Source: Macrostomum hystrix (Eukaryota > Animalia > Platyhelminthes). Taken from it: 64,000 nt of DNA. The notes beneath the pieces are model-generated. The model did no database searches. It was not told the origin of the DNA and saw only the letters and a list, made by a program, of their open reading frames with translations. The stretch is from NCBI GenBank assembly GCA_950097015.1, contig CATNEN010000001.1:434001-498000 (forward strand), read 5' to 3'. Below are positions 63,948 through 64,000 of this stretch, in pieces (the stretch's first letter is position 1; every line of letters begins with the position of its first letter). The translations under genes were made by a program, and so were the position numbers.

Positions 63948-64000
63948 GGAGACACGGGAGAGATGAGACACATTAGAGATGAGACACATTAGAGATGAGA
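63948..64000. repeat. Start of a minisatellite GAGACAC(GGG/ATT)AGAGATGAGACAC, truncated by the window end
   Basis: The first unit is the exact reverse complement of the 36650-37950 unit. Confidence 0.75.

Overview
Eukaryotic (metazoan invertebrate) genomic DNA, not prokaryotic. The minisatellite-packed architecture is reminiscent of free-living flatworms such as Macrostomum, but the taxon is unverified. Five spliced genes were reconstructed by hand from GT-AG boundaries. Four are head-to-tail on the minus strand: PSMA1 (3 exons), trifunctional GART (10 exons, about 1075 aa), a HIG1 type-2/HIGD2A-like gene (single coding exon) and a Rab32/38-related GTPase (6 exons, switch-II Gln replaced by His). 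A divergently transcribed Musashi-like gene lies on the plus strand (7 exons seen, incomplete at the 3' end). About 28 kb (roughly 45%) of the window is some 35 tandem arrays, mostly of 11-47 bp units. Almost every intron over 400 bp carries its own array, often abutting splice sites. Several arrays form inverted complementary pairs around exons, including a nested A-B...B'-A' set in Musashi. Also present: two SINE families and three non-autonomous DNA transposons with TIRs and TSDs. Nearly all long ORFs in the supplied track are repeat artefacts.
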